The notes under the pieces are model-generated. The model saw only the letters and a list, made by a program, of their open reading frames with translations. It was not told the origin of the DNA and ran no database searches. A program made the position numbers and the translations under genes. A stretch of DNA of 63,152 nucleotides, filler included, from Octopus bimaculoides (lineage: Eukaryota): assembly GCF_001194135.2 (NCBI RefSeq). It is 6 parts of 5 records of this genome, joined end to end, with 100 filler letters (N's around TTAATTAATTAA, not from the genome) between each part and the next. Parts side by side here need not be neighbours in the genome. Positions count along the whole stretch, not along the records: positions 47,264 to 55,862 come from NW_026348821.1; positions 55,963 to 60,911 come from NC_069000.1; positions 61,012 to 63,152 come from NW_026300684.1; 3 more parts are not named here. One strand, given 5' to 3'. Below, in pieces: positions 48,984-61,846 of this stretch (positions are counted from its first letter, which is position 1; each line of letters starts with the position of its first letter).

Positions 48984-49860
48984 ACCCTCCGAAACCACCA
49001 CTACGACCACCGCCATTTCTACATGCCACTGTCATAACCGCTACTACTTCCACCACCACCACCACCACCACGCAAATTCACTGTACACACCATCATCTCC
49101 ACTGCCATCACACTACCATCAACATCACCACTACAAATGCACTAACGCCCTACAACACTACCACTACCGTCACCACTACCTCCACAACAACCACACCACT
49201 TGAAAGTACCACCACTATCACCACAACCACCTTCACCACTACAACCATCACCACTACCACCATCACCATCACCACCACTACCACCATCATCACCACCACT
49301 ACCACCATCATCACCACCACTACCACCATCGCCACCATCATGACTCCATCACCACTACCTCCACAACCATCACACTACCACCACCACCATTACCATTACT
49401 ACTACATACCACCACCACCACCCTCAGCACTACTTCCACCGCCGCCACCACCACCGCCATGTTTTAATCATTATCCTTGTACAAAGACAAAACCTGCTAT
49501 CAAATACACCTGGAGATTCTATCAAGAAATTCCGAGCGTTTCTCTTGTGGTGGTGGTTGCTGCTGCTGCTGCTGCTACTACTGGTGCTTTGGTTGTTGTT
49601 TTTTGTTTGTTTTCTTTGTTGCTGACTTTCTTCTTCATCGCCACACACCGTTTACCATAATCCTCATCATTATTAAACATCATCCTCATCACCATCCTCG
49701 ACATCATCACCATCATCATCATCATCAATAAACATCACAATCATCATCATCATCATCATTGCCATCATCACACACACAAAAAAAATCGTTATCATCTACC
49801 ACATCAGTACCACTTACAATAACCACTAAAATCATCACCATCATCATCACCACTAACATC
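48984..49860. repeat. Degenerate (ACC)/(CAT)/(GCT) trinucleotide low-complexity tract after a family-B tail fragment
   Basis: Runs of ACC/CAC/ATC triplets start right after a B tail (48928-48983). Confidence 0.85.
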
Positions 49861-51797
49861 TCCATCATCAGTCTGGAGAATTGGTAAACGATCTCAGATC
49901 TTGTATCTAAATAACTTGCAAAAATTGTTAAAACCTCTTTTTGTTTGTTTCCAATATGAACTTTTTTTTTTCAGCTGTACATAAATTACATCATTGCTTG
50001 TCTTTTCTATTTTGCCTTTTTTTATTTATCTTTTTTTTTGTATCCATTTCTATATGGTCTGCAGCGCTCGAGGGTCTTGCACTTGATAGCAAAATCAGTA
50101 TCCTCTTCTTTAAAATTCCAGATGTAATTTGAAAATGTTATCACATTCTTCCACTTTGTGTGTCTGAAGAAAGTATGACTGAAGTAGCACTGTTTGTTTA
50201 AATTTACCTTCTACCATACTGACATTATATTTACGCATCATGTTAGGGCTGAAATCGGTGAAGGGTTTTTTTTTTTCCTAAAATAATTCAATCTAACATA
50301 TGTGTAATAAGGAATATACATTCAAAATACACGATTTTACTTCACACACACGCACATACGCACATGCACACACACATACACACGTACATTCACTGACACA
50401 CACACAATTGGATTACCTGATATAGCTACCGTTGTTTCATTAGGAATCTTTACTGCAACATGACACAATTAACAAGATTGCATAATGTTTCAAAACTCCC
50501 AACTCACCAGGCTACCAAATAAGCAAATGAGCAGTGATTTGTTGATTAATCAACAGATAATGAAAAACTGAAACGTCTGATCAGGTCTACCACCATTTCA
50601 AAAATGAAAACTGGGTATGTCCCTAACCTGTGGATCTAGAGGGGTGGAGATTGGAACAACGTCGTGAATATGAGGACAGTTAAATGCGTTAATCCGTTGT
50701 CATAATATGTGATCTATATCTATTTCTATATCTATTTCTAGCGCATCAATTGTCCACGTTAGTGGTCGACGTTATTTTTTAAAATGTACCTTAATCCCCT
50801 GAGATTGCAGATAATATTTCTGAATCTCTTTGATTCTTTAGATGTGCTGGCCTACTGATAATTAATCGATATTAATTAATATATAACTAATTACCAGATT
50901 TTATAATATATATATATATATAGTTAGTTAAACTGTCGTATGTCCAAATTCAGCCAAATGGGTTTTTTTTTCAATAATTATTTCTGCTTGCAATAGCCGG
51001 TTCTTTTGGTCAGACTGTCGTATCTCCAGCTGCTTCAGATGCCAAGATATAAAAAAATTCCCAAAGAGTAGTACAACGGTTTTGCTATGGAATNNNNNNN
51101 NNNNNNNNNNNNNNNNNNNNNNNNNNNNNNNNNNNNNNNNNNNNNNNNNNNNNNNNNNNNNNNNNNNNNNNNNNNNNNNNNNNNNNNNNNNNNNNNNNNN
51201 NNNNNNNNNNNNNNNNNNNNNNNNNNNNNNNNNNNNNNNNNNNNNNNNNNNNNNNNNNNNNNNNNNNNNNNNNNNNNNNNNNNNNNNNNNNNNNNNNNNN
51301 NNNNNNNNNNNNNNNNNNNNNNNNNNNNNNNNNNNNNNNNNNNNNNNNNNNNNNNNNNNNNNNNNNNNNNNNNNNNNNNNNNNNNNNNNNNNNNNNNNNN
51401 NNNNNNNNNNNNNNNNNNNNNNNNNNNNNNNNNNNNNNNNNNNNNNNNNNNNNNNNNNNNNNNNNNNNNNNNNNNNNNNNNNNNNNNNNNNNNNNNNNNN
51501 NNNNNNNNNNNNNNNNNNNNNNNNNNNNNNNNNNNNNNNNNNNNNNNNNNNNNNNNNNNNNNNNNNNNNNNNNNNNNNNNNNNNNNNNNNNNNNNNNNNN
51601 NNNNNNNNNNNNNNNNNNNNNNNNNNNNNNNNNNNNNNNNNNNNNNNNNNNNNNNNNNNNNNNNNNNNNNNNNNNNNNNNNNNNNNNNNNNNNNNNNNNN
51701 NNNNNNNNNNNNNNNNNNNNNNNNNNNNNNNNNNNNNNNNNNNNNNNNNNNNNNNNNNNNNNNNNNNNNNNNNNNNNNNNNNNNNNNNNNNNNNNNN

Positions 51798-51849
<52 letters not shown>

Positions 51850-53451
51850 TGTGTCTGTGTGTGATAAGTAAGTAAAGAATAGTTATGACACCATAGTGTA
51901 GTATTAAAACGTATAATATACTTTCCTCGGAAAGCACGCTTGTACATATGAATCGAGGCCGATTTTTTTCTACAGCTAAGATATTTTAGTAATCTTTCTC
52001 AAGTATTCATCAATTTTCAATACGTGAATTACATGTAAAGTTGATAGTTAGGGTGTACACATCGAATCTCATATAGAAAACACAAAGGGACATTAAATAT
52101 ACAGCGTGAGTCAGTTGTTAGATAAGGTTAAGAAAAACCGTGACGTTTAAGACATCGAATCAATCAAATGAGAAACTTTGATAAATATACAAAAGAAATA
52201 TTGGCGATATACTGGATTCTGATTAAGGCACAAGGCCAGCAGGCTTGATAATAATAAGGAAGAAGTTTACAAAATAGTGAGTCTCAAAGCGAATACAGCT
52301 ATACATAGTAACATGTGAAGTATTGGGTGGGTTAAAGGTTCGAGGATGTCCCGGGTGTAGCTACCGCCGTTTTAAGACTCACACTATTTCGATATATGAA
52401 AAGCTATTATATGAAGCAAAATTTTACATGTATATTTAAATACACAAACACACACAGATATGAAATGCAGAAACCATATGTGGTATTTTATGCTTTACAA
52501 TGCATACACGCGTTACGGTATTTTACTATAAGTATTACACAATTGCTTGTGAAAAAACCTGTTACGATATAGTCAATACGCCTCTTCAGTGTTCAGCAAA
52601 AAATACAAAGAATCATGTTAAATACTAAAAAAAATTTATCGCATGCAGATCATCAACAATATACCGCATATATATATATATATATATATANNNNNNNNNN
52701 NNNNNNNNNNNNNNNNNNNNNNNNNNNNNNNNNNNNNNNNNNNNNNNNNNNNNNNNNNNNNNNNNNNNNNNNNNNNNNNNNNNNNNNNNNNNNNNNNNNN
52801 NNNNNNNNNNNNNNNNNNNNNNNNNNNNNNNNNNNNNNNNNNNNNNNNNNNNNNNNNNNNNNNNNNNNNNNNNNNNNNNNNNNNNNNNNNNNNNNNNNNN
52901 NNNNNNNNNNNNNNNNNNNNNNNNNNNNNNNNNNNNNNNNNNNNNNNNNNNNNNNNNNNNNNNNNNNNNNNNNNNNNNNNNNNNNNNNNNNNNNNNNNNN
53001 NNNNNNNNNNNNNNNNNNNNNNNNNNNNNNNNNNNNNNNNNNNNNNNNNNNNNNNNNNNNNNNNNNNNNNNNNNNNNNNNNNNNNNNNNNNNNNNNNNNN
53101 NNNNNNNNNNNNNNNNNNNNNNNNNNNNNNNNNNNNNNNNNNNNNNNNNNNNNNNNNNNNNNNNNNNNNNNNNNNNNNNNNNNNNNNNNNNNNNNNNNNN
53201 NNNNNNNNNNNNNNNNNNNNNNNNNNNNNNNNNNNNNNNNNNNNNNNNNNNNNNNNNNNNNNNNNNNNNNNNNNNNNNNNNNNNNNNNNNNNNNNNNNNN
53301 NNNNNNNNNNNNNNNNNNNNNATATATATATATATATACTGTTGTACTTGGGGATGGTCATATTGCCAGTTTAGCCAATAAAAACACACGCACTGTATAT
53401 TTGGTGTAAATTTGCTTCAGCTTTATATTACATTAATCTTAATCTTATTTC

Positions 53452-53496
53452 GGCCAGAGTTCTTTCGTCACACTTCTGTGACCTCATCAGTGGTCC
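53452..53496 (-). ncRNA. Type-I minimal hammerhead motif with intact core (family HH-A)
   Basis: GGACCA-CTGATGA-G-GTCACA(GAAG)TGTGAC-GAAA-GAACTC|TGGCC; stems I, II and a 2-bp stem III form; CUC triplet. Confidence 0.65.
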
Positions 53497-53559
53497 TTTG
53501 TTTCCTTCTTTCTTATGTGTGTCTCACCTTGCTAACTATCAGCCATATATGGAGTACTA

Positions 53560-53746
53560 AGGCAGCGAGCTGATAGAGTCGTTAGAACACTGGACGGAAT
53601 GCTCAGCAGTATTTCGCCGAGGTCGCCTTTGCATTTCATCCTTTCGGGATCAATAAATTAAGTACCAGTTGCATACTGGGGTCGATCTAATTAACTGGTC
53701 CTCTTCCCTAAAATTTTCAGGCTTTGTGCCTACAGGAGAAAGGAAT
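53560..53746 (+). mobile_element. SINE family B with ~15-bp TSD
   Basis: TSD ATATATGGAG(T/A)ACTA at 53545-53559 and 53747-53761; head partly deleted. Confidence 0.85.
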
Positions 53747-54078
53747 ATATATGGAGAACTAGAATATGCAGATGTGCTTAATTGGACATGTAAATGTCGA
53801 CATGGAAACGACATGATGCTAAATTGGTTGTAATGGAAAATGACGAAACAATTGTAAATTTAGCAATAAACGCAATTTGCTAACGCCACGTATATATGTA
53901 AGTGTGTGTGTGTGTGTGTGTGTAGGCATTTACGGCACAACCACGGGCACGCACACAGACACACTCACGTTCCCACAGAGAGGCTAATTGCTTACATGCA
54001 TTATTTGATGAATTCCGTTACAATTCATACAAAATATAACATAAAAGAATAAAAGAAAGCAGAGAGAGAGAGAGAGAG

Positions 54079-54127
<49 letters not shown>

Positions 54128-54762
54128 NNNNNNNNNNNNNNNNNNNNNNNNNNNNNNNNNNNNNNNNNNNNNNNNNNNNNNNNNNNNNNNNNNNNNNNNN
54201 NNNNNNNNNNNNNNNNNNNNNNNNNNNNNNNNNNNNNNNNNNNNNNNNNNNNNNNNNNNNNNNNNNNNNNNNNNNNNNNNNNNNNNNNNNNNNNNNNNNN
54301 NNNNNNNNNNNNNNNNNNNNNNNNNNNNNNNNNNNNNNNNNATACATCTAAAAATATTAACATCACCAGATTTTATTCATATAATACGCACATATACAAA
54401 CGTATGTATCTATGTGTATATGTATATATATGTGTGTATATATATATGTATATATATACACACACACACACAAGACGTTAATGTATTAATATATAAGATA
54501 CACTTGATTTTCATAATTTCTTAGTCTTCTGAGACATTCTAGCGAGTAAGTCTGCAAGTTGCGTTATACATATATATATTTATATATATACATGCATATA
54601 CACACACGTGTGTTTGTGTATTTGCGGGTATGGTTGTGTGTATGTAGACGTCTGTATGTTTATACACACTAACAGAGCATATAGATAAACACGGTTGCAC
54701 AAATATATTAGTATAAGATATAAATATGCTTCGTTAAATTTGCTTACACACACACATATATG

Positions 54763-54798
<36 letters not shown>

Positions 54799-55962
54799 GA
54801 TATATGTATAAACTTAGGTATACATATGTATGTATAAGTATATGTATTTATACGTATGTAATGTATTGTAAGGGTATGAGTGTATATTTTTATCTCGATC
54901 TCTTAATCTAATGCAAACACTTGTTATATATCCACTTACACGACTAAGTGATCTTATATACATACATACATATACATATATACACAGCAGAAATAGAAAC
55001 CTCCTGCAGATATACAGAGAGGGAGAGAAACACATAAAATATACACACACATTACATATATATATATATATATGTACAGACATGTAATTTACCAGTGTCT
55101 ACAACAGACAGTAATCCTGCAGCCAGCTGTCTCATTACCCACTAACCAACTTCACATACCCGTTGGGTACGTGAGTACGTCGTGCTTTTAGATCTCAGAC
55201 AAACAACCTGACTAGCTACCCGGCTACCCTGCTTGCTAGGTAGCTATGTACCGACATAAATCTCTGGTCTCCGTCTCTCTCTCTCTCTCTCTCTCTTGCT
55301 TGCTTGCTCACTAGGTGTCTCTGTCTGTCTGTCTGTCTATCTCTCTTTTTCGTTCTCGCATTCTTTCGCACCTGTCTTCTTTTATGATCTTTGTTACTTT
55401 CGTCCCTCAATCTCGCTCGGAAACCACCTTTTCAACTATCATTCTCAACGCGCGCACACAGAAATATGTATGCATGCATGTATGTATGTATGTATGTGTG
55501 TGTGTATGTGTATGTATGTGTGTGTATGTGTGTGAGTATGTGTGTGTGAGTATGTGTGTGTGTATGTATATATGTATGTATTTACGTATGTATGTATGTG
55601 TGTGTGTGTATGTATGTGTCTATGTAGGTATGTGTGTATGTGTGTGTGAGTATGTCTGTGTGAGTATGTCTGTGTATATGTATGTGTTGTATGTGTGTCT
55701 ATGTATGCGTGTGTATGTATGCGTGTGTAAGTGTGAGTGTATGTATGAGTGTGTATGCATGAGTGTGTATGCATGAGTGTGTATGCATGAGTGTGTATGC
55801 ACGAGTGTGTATGTATGTATCTATGCATGTATGTATGTAGAATAAATTTTGACCGACCACTTNNNNNNNNNNNNNNNNNNNNNNNNNNNNNNNNNNNNNN
55901 NNNNNNTTAATTAATTAANNNNNNNNNNNNNNNNNNNNNNNNNNNNNNNNNNNNNNNNNNNN

Positions 55963-56353
55963 ATGGTAAATAATAGGGGGCTGAGGACGGAACCTTGGTG
56001 GACCCCTACCTCTACCCGGAATTCATTGCTGTACTCATTTCCAACCCTCACCTTACTGGCAGCATCTCTGTACATGGCTCGCACAGCTCTCACTAACCAT
56101 TCTTCTATCCCAAGTTTCCTCATTGACCACCAGATAAGGGATCGGGGGACCCTGTCAAAGGCTTTCTCCATGTCAACGAAAGCCAGGTACAGAGGTTTAT
56201 CCTTAGCTAGGTATTTCTCCTGCAACTGTCTCACTAGAAATAAGGCATCAGTAGTGCTTTTACCTGGCACGAACCCAAACTGCATCTCATCTAAATTGAT
56301 TCGCTCCCTAATTAGTTGGGCTATGACCCTCTCTGTAACTTTCATAACCTGAT
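55963..56353 (-). mobile_element. RTE-clade RT fragment with uninterrupted frame, running into a gap
   Basis: QVMKVTERV..EMQFGFVPGKSTTDALFLVRQLQEKY..FVDMEKAFDRVPR..GVHQGSVLSPLLF. Confidence 0.93.
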
Positions 56354-56467
56354 ACACATATATACATACACATATATACATATACATATACATATATACA
56401 TACATATATATACGTATACTTATATACATACATATATATACATATACTTATACTTCATTTAAAAGCA

Positions 56468-56549
56468 AAAACTGTTACTCAGAGCTTCACATTCCCGTTT
56501 GTCAGACAGTTTTGTAAGAACAGGAACGTGAAACTCTGAGTAACAGTCT
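56468..56549. ncRNA. Divergent pair of hammerhead-like motifs (family HH-B)
   Basis: Minus 56513-56468: AAAACTGT-CTGACAA-ACG(GGAA)TGT-GAAG-CTCTGAG-TA|ACAGTTTT. Plus 56519-56549: ACA(GGAA)CGT-GAAA-CTCTGAG-TA|ACAGT, lacking the CUGA core. Confidence 0.65.
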
Positions 56550-57026
56550 TTGTGATATTTTTGCTGCTTTTAAATAAAGCATATTACTCTACCTCTGGTA
56601 TTTGAGTACTTTCTCTACCTTGTTTCACATTTATGTGCTTACTCTGGTACATATATTTATATACACACATATACACANNNNNNNNNNNNNNNNNNNNNNN
56701 NNNNNNNNNNNNNNNNNNNNNNNNNNNNNNNNNNNNNNNNNNNNNNNNNNNNNNNNNNNNNNNNNNNNNNNNNNNNNNNNNNNNNNNNNNNNNNNNNNNN
56801 NNNNNNNNNNNNNNNNNNNNNNNNNNNNNNNNNNNNNNNNNNNNNNNNNNNNNNNNNNNNNNNNNNNNNNNNNNNNAATAAAATTAATAATTAACAATTT
56901 TGCCGGGTAGCTCAGTATGAAAAAACCTTTTCGGTAAAAAACATTTATAATCATAACTTTGACTGCTATTTCTGAATTCTCAGTATGTTGGAGAAGCAGG
57001 TTACTGTCAATCCCTATATATTTATG

Positions 57027-57088
<62 letters not shown>

Positions 57089-57797
57089 TATACACATGGC
57101 AAATGAAAGATGGAAGATGGAATATATGAGAATTTATCAATCACGATAATTGTCTTGACACATTGATGTCTCGTGGGTGGGACACTCAACAACAGGTCCA
57201 GGAGCATCTGGCAGTGCAGACATATCTTGTTAGGTGATAAATAGAAACACATTTTTAAGATTATAGTTTCCCAATGTAACATCTCGTTTTGTAGAAAGAG
57301 AAACAGACAGACAGAGAAAATATCTTCATTTATATAGAAGATCAAAAATAAAATCACAGATGGGAAAAAAAGAGAAACAAACACACAATACATAAATATA
57401 CATACATAAATACATATACATATAAATTAGAAATGGAAACAAAATAATTAAATTGAATAATTGAATCAATAAATGATAAATGCAATCCAGTTTTATTATT
57501 TCTATACAAACAAATGACAAATCAAGTTACAGCTGTTTCTACTTCATTAACTAGGCTTTGTTTAAGATTACAAATTACCTTTTTCAAAAGAATATAATGA
57601 GGTTTCTTCAGACAGACATAAATTCTTTAAATATTTTACAAAAATAGCAAGTAAACATTTTCTATAAGTATAACACATTTAAAGTACTATACTAAGAGTG
57701 AGCTTAATAAATAAACTGAAATTTCATTAATTCTTAAATTCAAATCTACTAGTATCTAGTTCTATAAAACGATCCTGTTATATTGTTTATTTTATTT

Positions 57798-59090
57798 ATC
57801 TTCCACATCTTCTCTCTACTGCTAGGGTGTGGCATTTTTTCACACAGCTGTCCTCATCCATACGCAACACATGACCATACCAGCGCAGTCGTCTCTCTTG
57901 CACACCAGATCTGATGCTTCTTATGTCCAACTTTTCTCTCAAGGCACTTAAACTCTGTTGTGCACGCACACTGACATTACACATCCAGTGGAGCATACTA
58001 ACTTCATTCATTGCAAGCTTGTGCATGTCCTCAGCAGTCATGGCCTATATTTCACCGGCATGTAGTATGGCTGTTCACATACAAGCATCATACAGTCTAC
58101 CTTTTACTCTGGGTGAGAGGCCCTTTGTCACCAGCAGAGGTAGGAGCTCTGAACTTTGCCCAAGCTATTCTTATTCTAGCAGCTACACTCTCAGAGCATC
58201 CACCTCCACTACTGACTTGGTCACCTAAGTAACAGAAGCTATCAACACTTCTAGTTTTCCCCTTGGCATGTGACAGAAGCTGCTCTGCACATTTTCAGTG
58301 TTTATTGCCCCTGAGCATTTGCCACATACAAAAACTATCTTCCCAGTTAGCCTTCCTTTGATATTGTTGCACCTCTTATGTCTGTAGCTTACACTGGGTA
58401 CATCTTATGGAGTTTCTACCTATACCTTTTCTACAGATCAAGCAGAGCCATTTACCTGAATGGATTTGTGATTTTGTCTGCCTTCTTACTTATTAAGACT
58501 TTGATTTTTGCTAGATTGACTCTAAGGCCCTTCAATTCTAGACCTTGCTTCCACACCTGAAACTTCTCCTCTAGTTCTGATAGTGACTCAGCTATTAAAG
58601 CAAGGTCATCAGCATAGAGAAGCTCCCTGGGGCATCTTGTCTTGAATTCATCTGTTATTGCCTAGAAGACTATAATGAATAAGAGAGGGCTGAGGACTGA
58701 TCCGTGGTGGACCCCTACACTTACTCGGAATTCTTCACTATACTCGTTGCCAACCCTCACCTTACTGACAGCGTCCATGTACATGGCTTGTACAGTTCTC
58801 ACTAACCATTCATATATCCCTGGTTATCACACTGACCACCAGATAAGGGATCAGGGGACCCTGTCAAAGGCTTTATCCATGTCAACGAAAGCTTGGTACA
58901 GAGGTTTATCTTTGGCTAAGAATTTCTCCTGCAACTGTCTTATCAGAAATATAGCATAAGTGGTGCTTTTCCTTGGCACAAACCAAAACTGGATCTCCTC
59001 TAAACTAACTCTCTCTCTAATTAGTTAGGTTATGACCATCTCCGTAACTTTCATTACCTGATCCAACAACTTGATATCTCTGTAATTAAT
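57798..59090 (-). mobile_element. 5'-truncated RTE-clade LINE (RT to C-terminus), frameshifted
   Basis: NYRDIKLLDQVMKV, FVDMDKAFDRVP, GVHHGSVLSPLLFI, ELLYADDL and RERRLRWYGHVLRMDEDSCVKKC-type motifs. Confidence 0.92.
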
Positions 59091-59226
59091 CGTATCTTAT
59101 GCAACACTTTTACCTTTGTAGCAGTCGACTATGGTGCTGCTACACCAGTCATTGGGTATGACTCCTTATATATATACATATATATATACATATATATGTA
59201 CATATATATATATATATATGTACATA

Positions 59227-59390
59227 GGCACAGGAGTAGCTGTGTGGTAAGTAGTTTGCTTACCAACCACATGGTTCTGGGTTCATTCCCACTGTGTGGT
59301 ACCTTGGGCAACTGTCTTCTACTATAGCCTCGGGCCGACCAAAGCCTTGTGAGGGGATTTGGTAGACGGAAACTGAAAGAAGCCCGTCGT
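59227..59390 (+). mobile_element. SINE family A 5' module; spacer microsatellite runs into a gap
   Basis: Close match to 33811-33970. Confidence 0.9.
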
Positions 59391-60189
59391 ATATACGTAT
59401 ATACATATATATATATATATANNNNNNNNNNNNNNNNNNNNNNNNNNNNNNNNNNNNNNNNNNNNNNNNNNNNNNNNNNNNNNNNNNNNNNNNNNNNNNN
59501 NNNNNNNNNNNNNNNNNNNNNNNNNNNNNNNNNNNNNNNNNNNNNNNNNNNNNNNNNNNNNNNNNNNNNNNNNNNNNNNNNNNNNNNNNNNNNNNNNNNN
59601 NNNNNNNNNNNNNNNNNNNNNNNNNNNNNNNNNNNNNNNNNNNNNNNNNNNNNNNNNNNNNNNNNNNNNNNNNNNNNNNNNNNNNNNNNNNNNNNNNNNN
59701 NNNNNNNNNNNNNNNNNNNNNNNNNNNNNNNNNNNNNNNNNNNNNNNNNNNNNNNNNNNNNNNNNNNNNNNNNNNNNNNNNNNNNNNNNNNNNNNNNNNN
59801 NNNNNNNNNNNNNNNNNNNNNNNNNNNNNNNNNNNNNNNNNNNNNNNNNNNNNNNNNNNNNNNNNNNNNNNNNNNNNNNNNNNNNNNNNNNNNNNNNNNN
59901 NNNNNNNNNNNNNNNNNNNNNNNNNNNNNNNNNNNNNNNNNNNNNNNNNNNNNNNNNNNNNNNNNNNNNNNNNNNNNNNNNNNNNNNNNNNNNNNNNNNN
60001 NNNNNNNNNNNNNNNNNNNNNNNNNNNNNNNNNNNNNNNNNNNNNNNNNNNNNNNNNNNNNNNNNNNNNNNNNNNNNNNNNNNNNNNNNNNNNNNNNNNN
60101 NNNNNNNNNNNNNNNNNNNNNNNNNNNNNNNNNNNNNNNNNNNNNNAGGGTTCTTTCCTCTTTGCACACCCTAAAAAAATTCTAATCAT

Positions 60190-60911
60190 GAGACATGTAT
60201 CCCATACTATTAATCTTTATGCACATGTTCCAAAATGTTAGTCTTCTGGAACCTGTAAAAAGGATTTTGCTCCTCAAAAATGGAGCTCATGGAGCTCTAA
60301 AATGTGGGAATGAAGGCCTCTATTGGGGGTGGGTGTGTTAATGTCAACCAGAGAAGTTGAATTGTTGGGAATGTTTTTAACTTGGGTCTTATAGTATACC
60401 TGTATATATGTGAGAGAATAGTTTCACTTTAATAGTTTCAGTATGAAATTGAAAGTATTAAAGTGAAAGTATTTGAAATTACAGTAGTGACATGCTATTG
60501 TTTCACTTTTGAGATGTAATACTGAAATTGCGGAATAGTTTCAGTGTGAAAGTGAAAGTATCTGACATTACAGTAGAGTGATGTTATTGTTTCACTTTTG
60601 ACACGTAATACTGAAATAGTGGAGGAGATATCATATTGGTGTGGGCTCGAACTATGCAAGAAGTTAAAAATTGTTTTGGCCTAAGACACTACATGGACCC
60701 TAAGTAAGGCATGTGTTAATTTCAAATGAAATTGGTTGTGTAGTTCTCGAGTTTTATGGATTCACACAGACACATATTCTCATCTTTATGATATTTATGT
60801 GCATATTCGAAAATTCTAGTGTTATGGACCCTGTAAAAAGGATTTTGTTCATGAAGAATGGAGCTCTTGGAGCTGAAAAATGTAGGAGTTAAGGCCCCTA
60901 TTGGGGGTGGG
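60190..60911 (-). mobile_element. Helitron-like element with partial second tandem unit (578-bp period)
   Basis: 60520-60790 is homologous to 39560-39880; CCTGTAAAAAGGATTTTG..TATTGGGGGTGGG recurs at 60252 and 60830. Confidence 0.65.
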
Positions 60912-61179
60912 NNNNNNNNNNNNNNNNNNNNNNNNNNNNNNNNNNNNNNNNNNNNTTAATTAATTAANNNNNNNNNNNNNNNNNNNNNNNNNNNNNNNNN
61001 NNNNNNNNNNNATTTATCAATTACAAAACAAAAAAAAACATGTCTGAAACAGCCGCAGTGAACCTTAATCAAGTTCTGTTCTTTCTTGATTTATACATAG
61101 GTTTGGTGATGCAAACAAGAAAAATATAACTTAATACATGAGTATATCAATATTTTTATTAACAATTGGGAGAACCTAC

Positions 61180-61495
61180 CGAGTGACTCAAGGGTCGAGG
61201 ATTTTGGCTATACAACATTTGTATCTGCTGCAAATTGGGTGCATTGGAAGACAGTTTTCAAACCTTTTGTGCATTTTGGGGGAGACCCTAAAATACAGGT
61301 GTTCTTTGTTCTGATCGTAAAATTCTGGATTCAGTCTTGTTTATGGAATTGTTTTCCTTCATTTCTATAATTATTTTGTCCAGTTCTTCTCTGTAATTGC
61401 GGTTTGGATCGACAGGTAATTCTTCATATGAAGTTTTGTCACTTTAAACTTCTTTACAAACCGAAATATACTCACTCTTATCCATATTTACATCA
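61180..61495 (-). mobile_element. Penelope-like RT N-terminal fragment
   Basis: MDKSEYI..SYEELPVDPN..TPVF*GLP..HPI resembles PLE MDK..Y..Y..L..DP..TP.FYGLPK.HK..RPI. Confidence 0.75.
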
Positions 61496-61507
61496 ATCTT
61501 TATAAAT

Positions 61508-61508
61508 C

Positions 61509-61550
<42 letters not shown>

Positions 61551-61560
61551 AATAATAATA

Positions 61561-61612
<52 letters not shown>

Positions 61613-61846
61613 TAATAATAATAATAGTAATAATAATAATAATAATAAGGATGTGGACAGCTGATACTTTTCATCATACCCAACAAAATAAGCTGAGTTT
61701 TCATATAACAAGAAGAAGAAGTAGAAGAAGAAGAAGAAGAAGAAGAAGAAGAAGAAGAAGAAGAAGAAGAAGAAGAAGAAGAAGAAGAAGAAGAAGAAGA
61801 AGAAGAAGAAGAAGAAGAAGAAGAAGAAGAAGAAGAAGAAGAAGAA
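61508..61846 (+). repeat. Compound microsatellites (CAA)n, (AAT)n and (AGA)n
   Basis: (CAA)n 61508-61549, (AAT)n 61548-61648, (AGA)n 61710-61846. Confidence 0.97.

Noticed and set aside
48959-49660. 233-aa Thr/Pro-rich mucin-like ORF next to the chitin-binding gene
   Set aside because: Opposite strand to that gene, starts within a SINE B tail with a non-ATG start, and is trinucleotide low-complexity sequence.
57150-57235. Minus-strand MSALPDAPGPVVECPTHETSMCQDNYRD* as a terminal exon
   Set aside because: Short, weak acceptor, unrecognised peptide and no partner exon.
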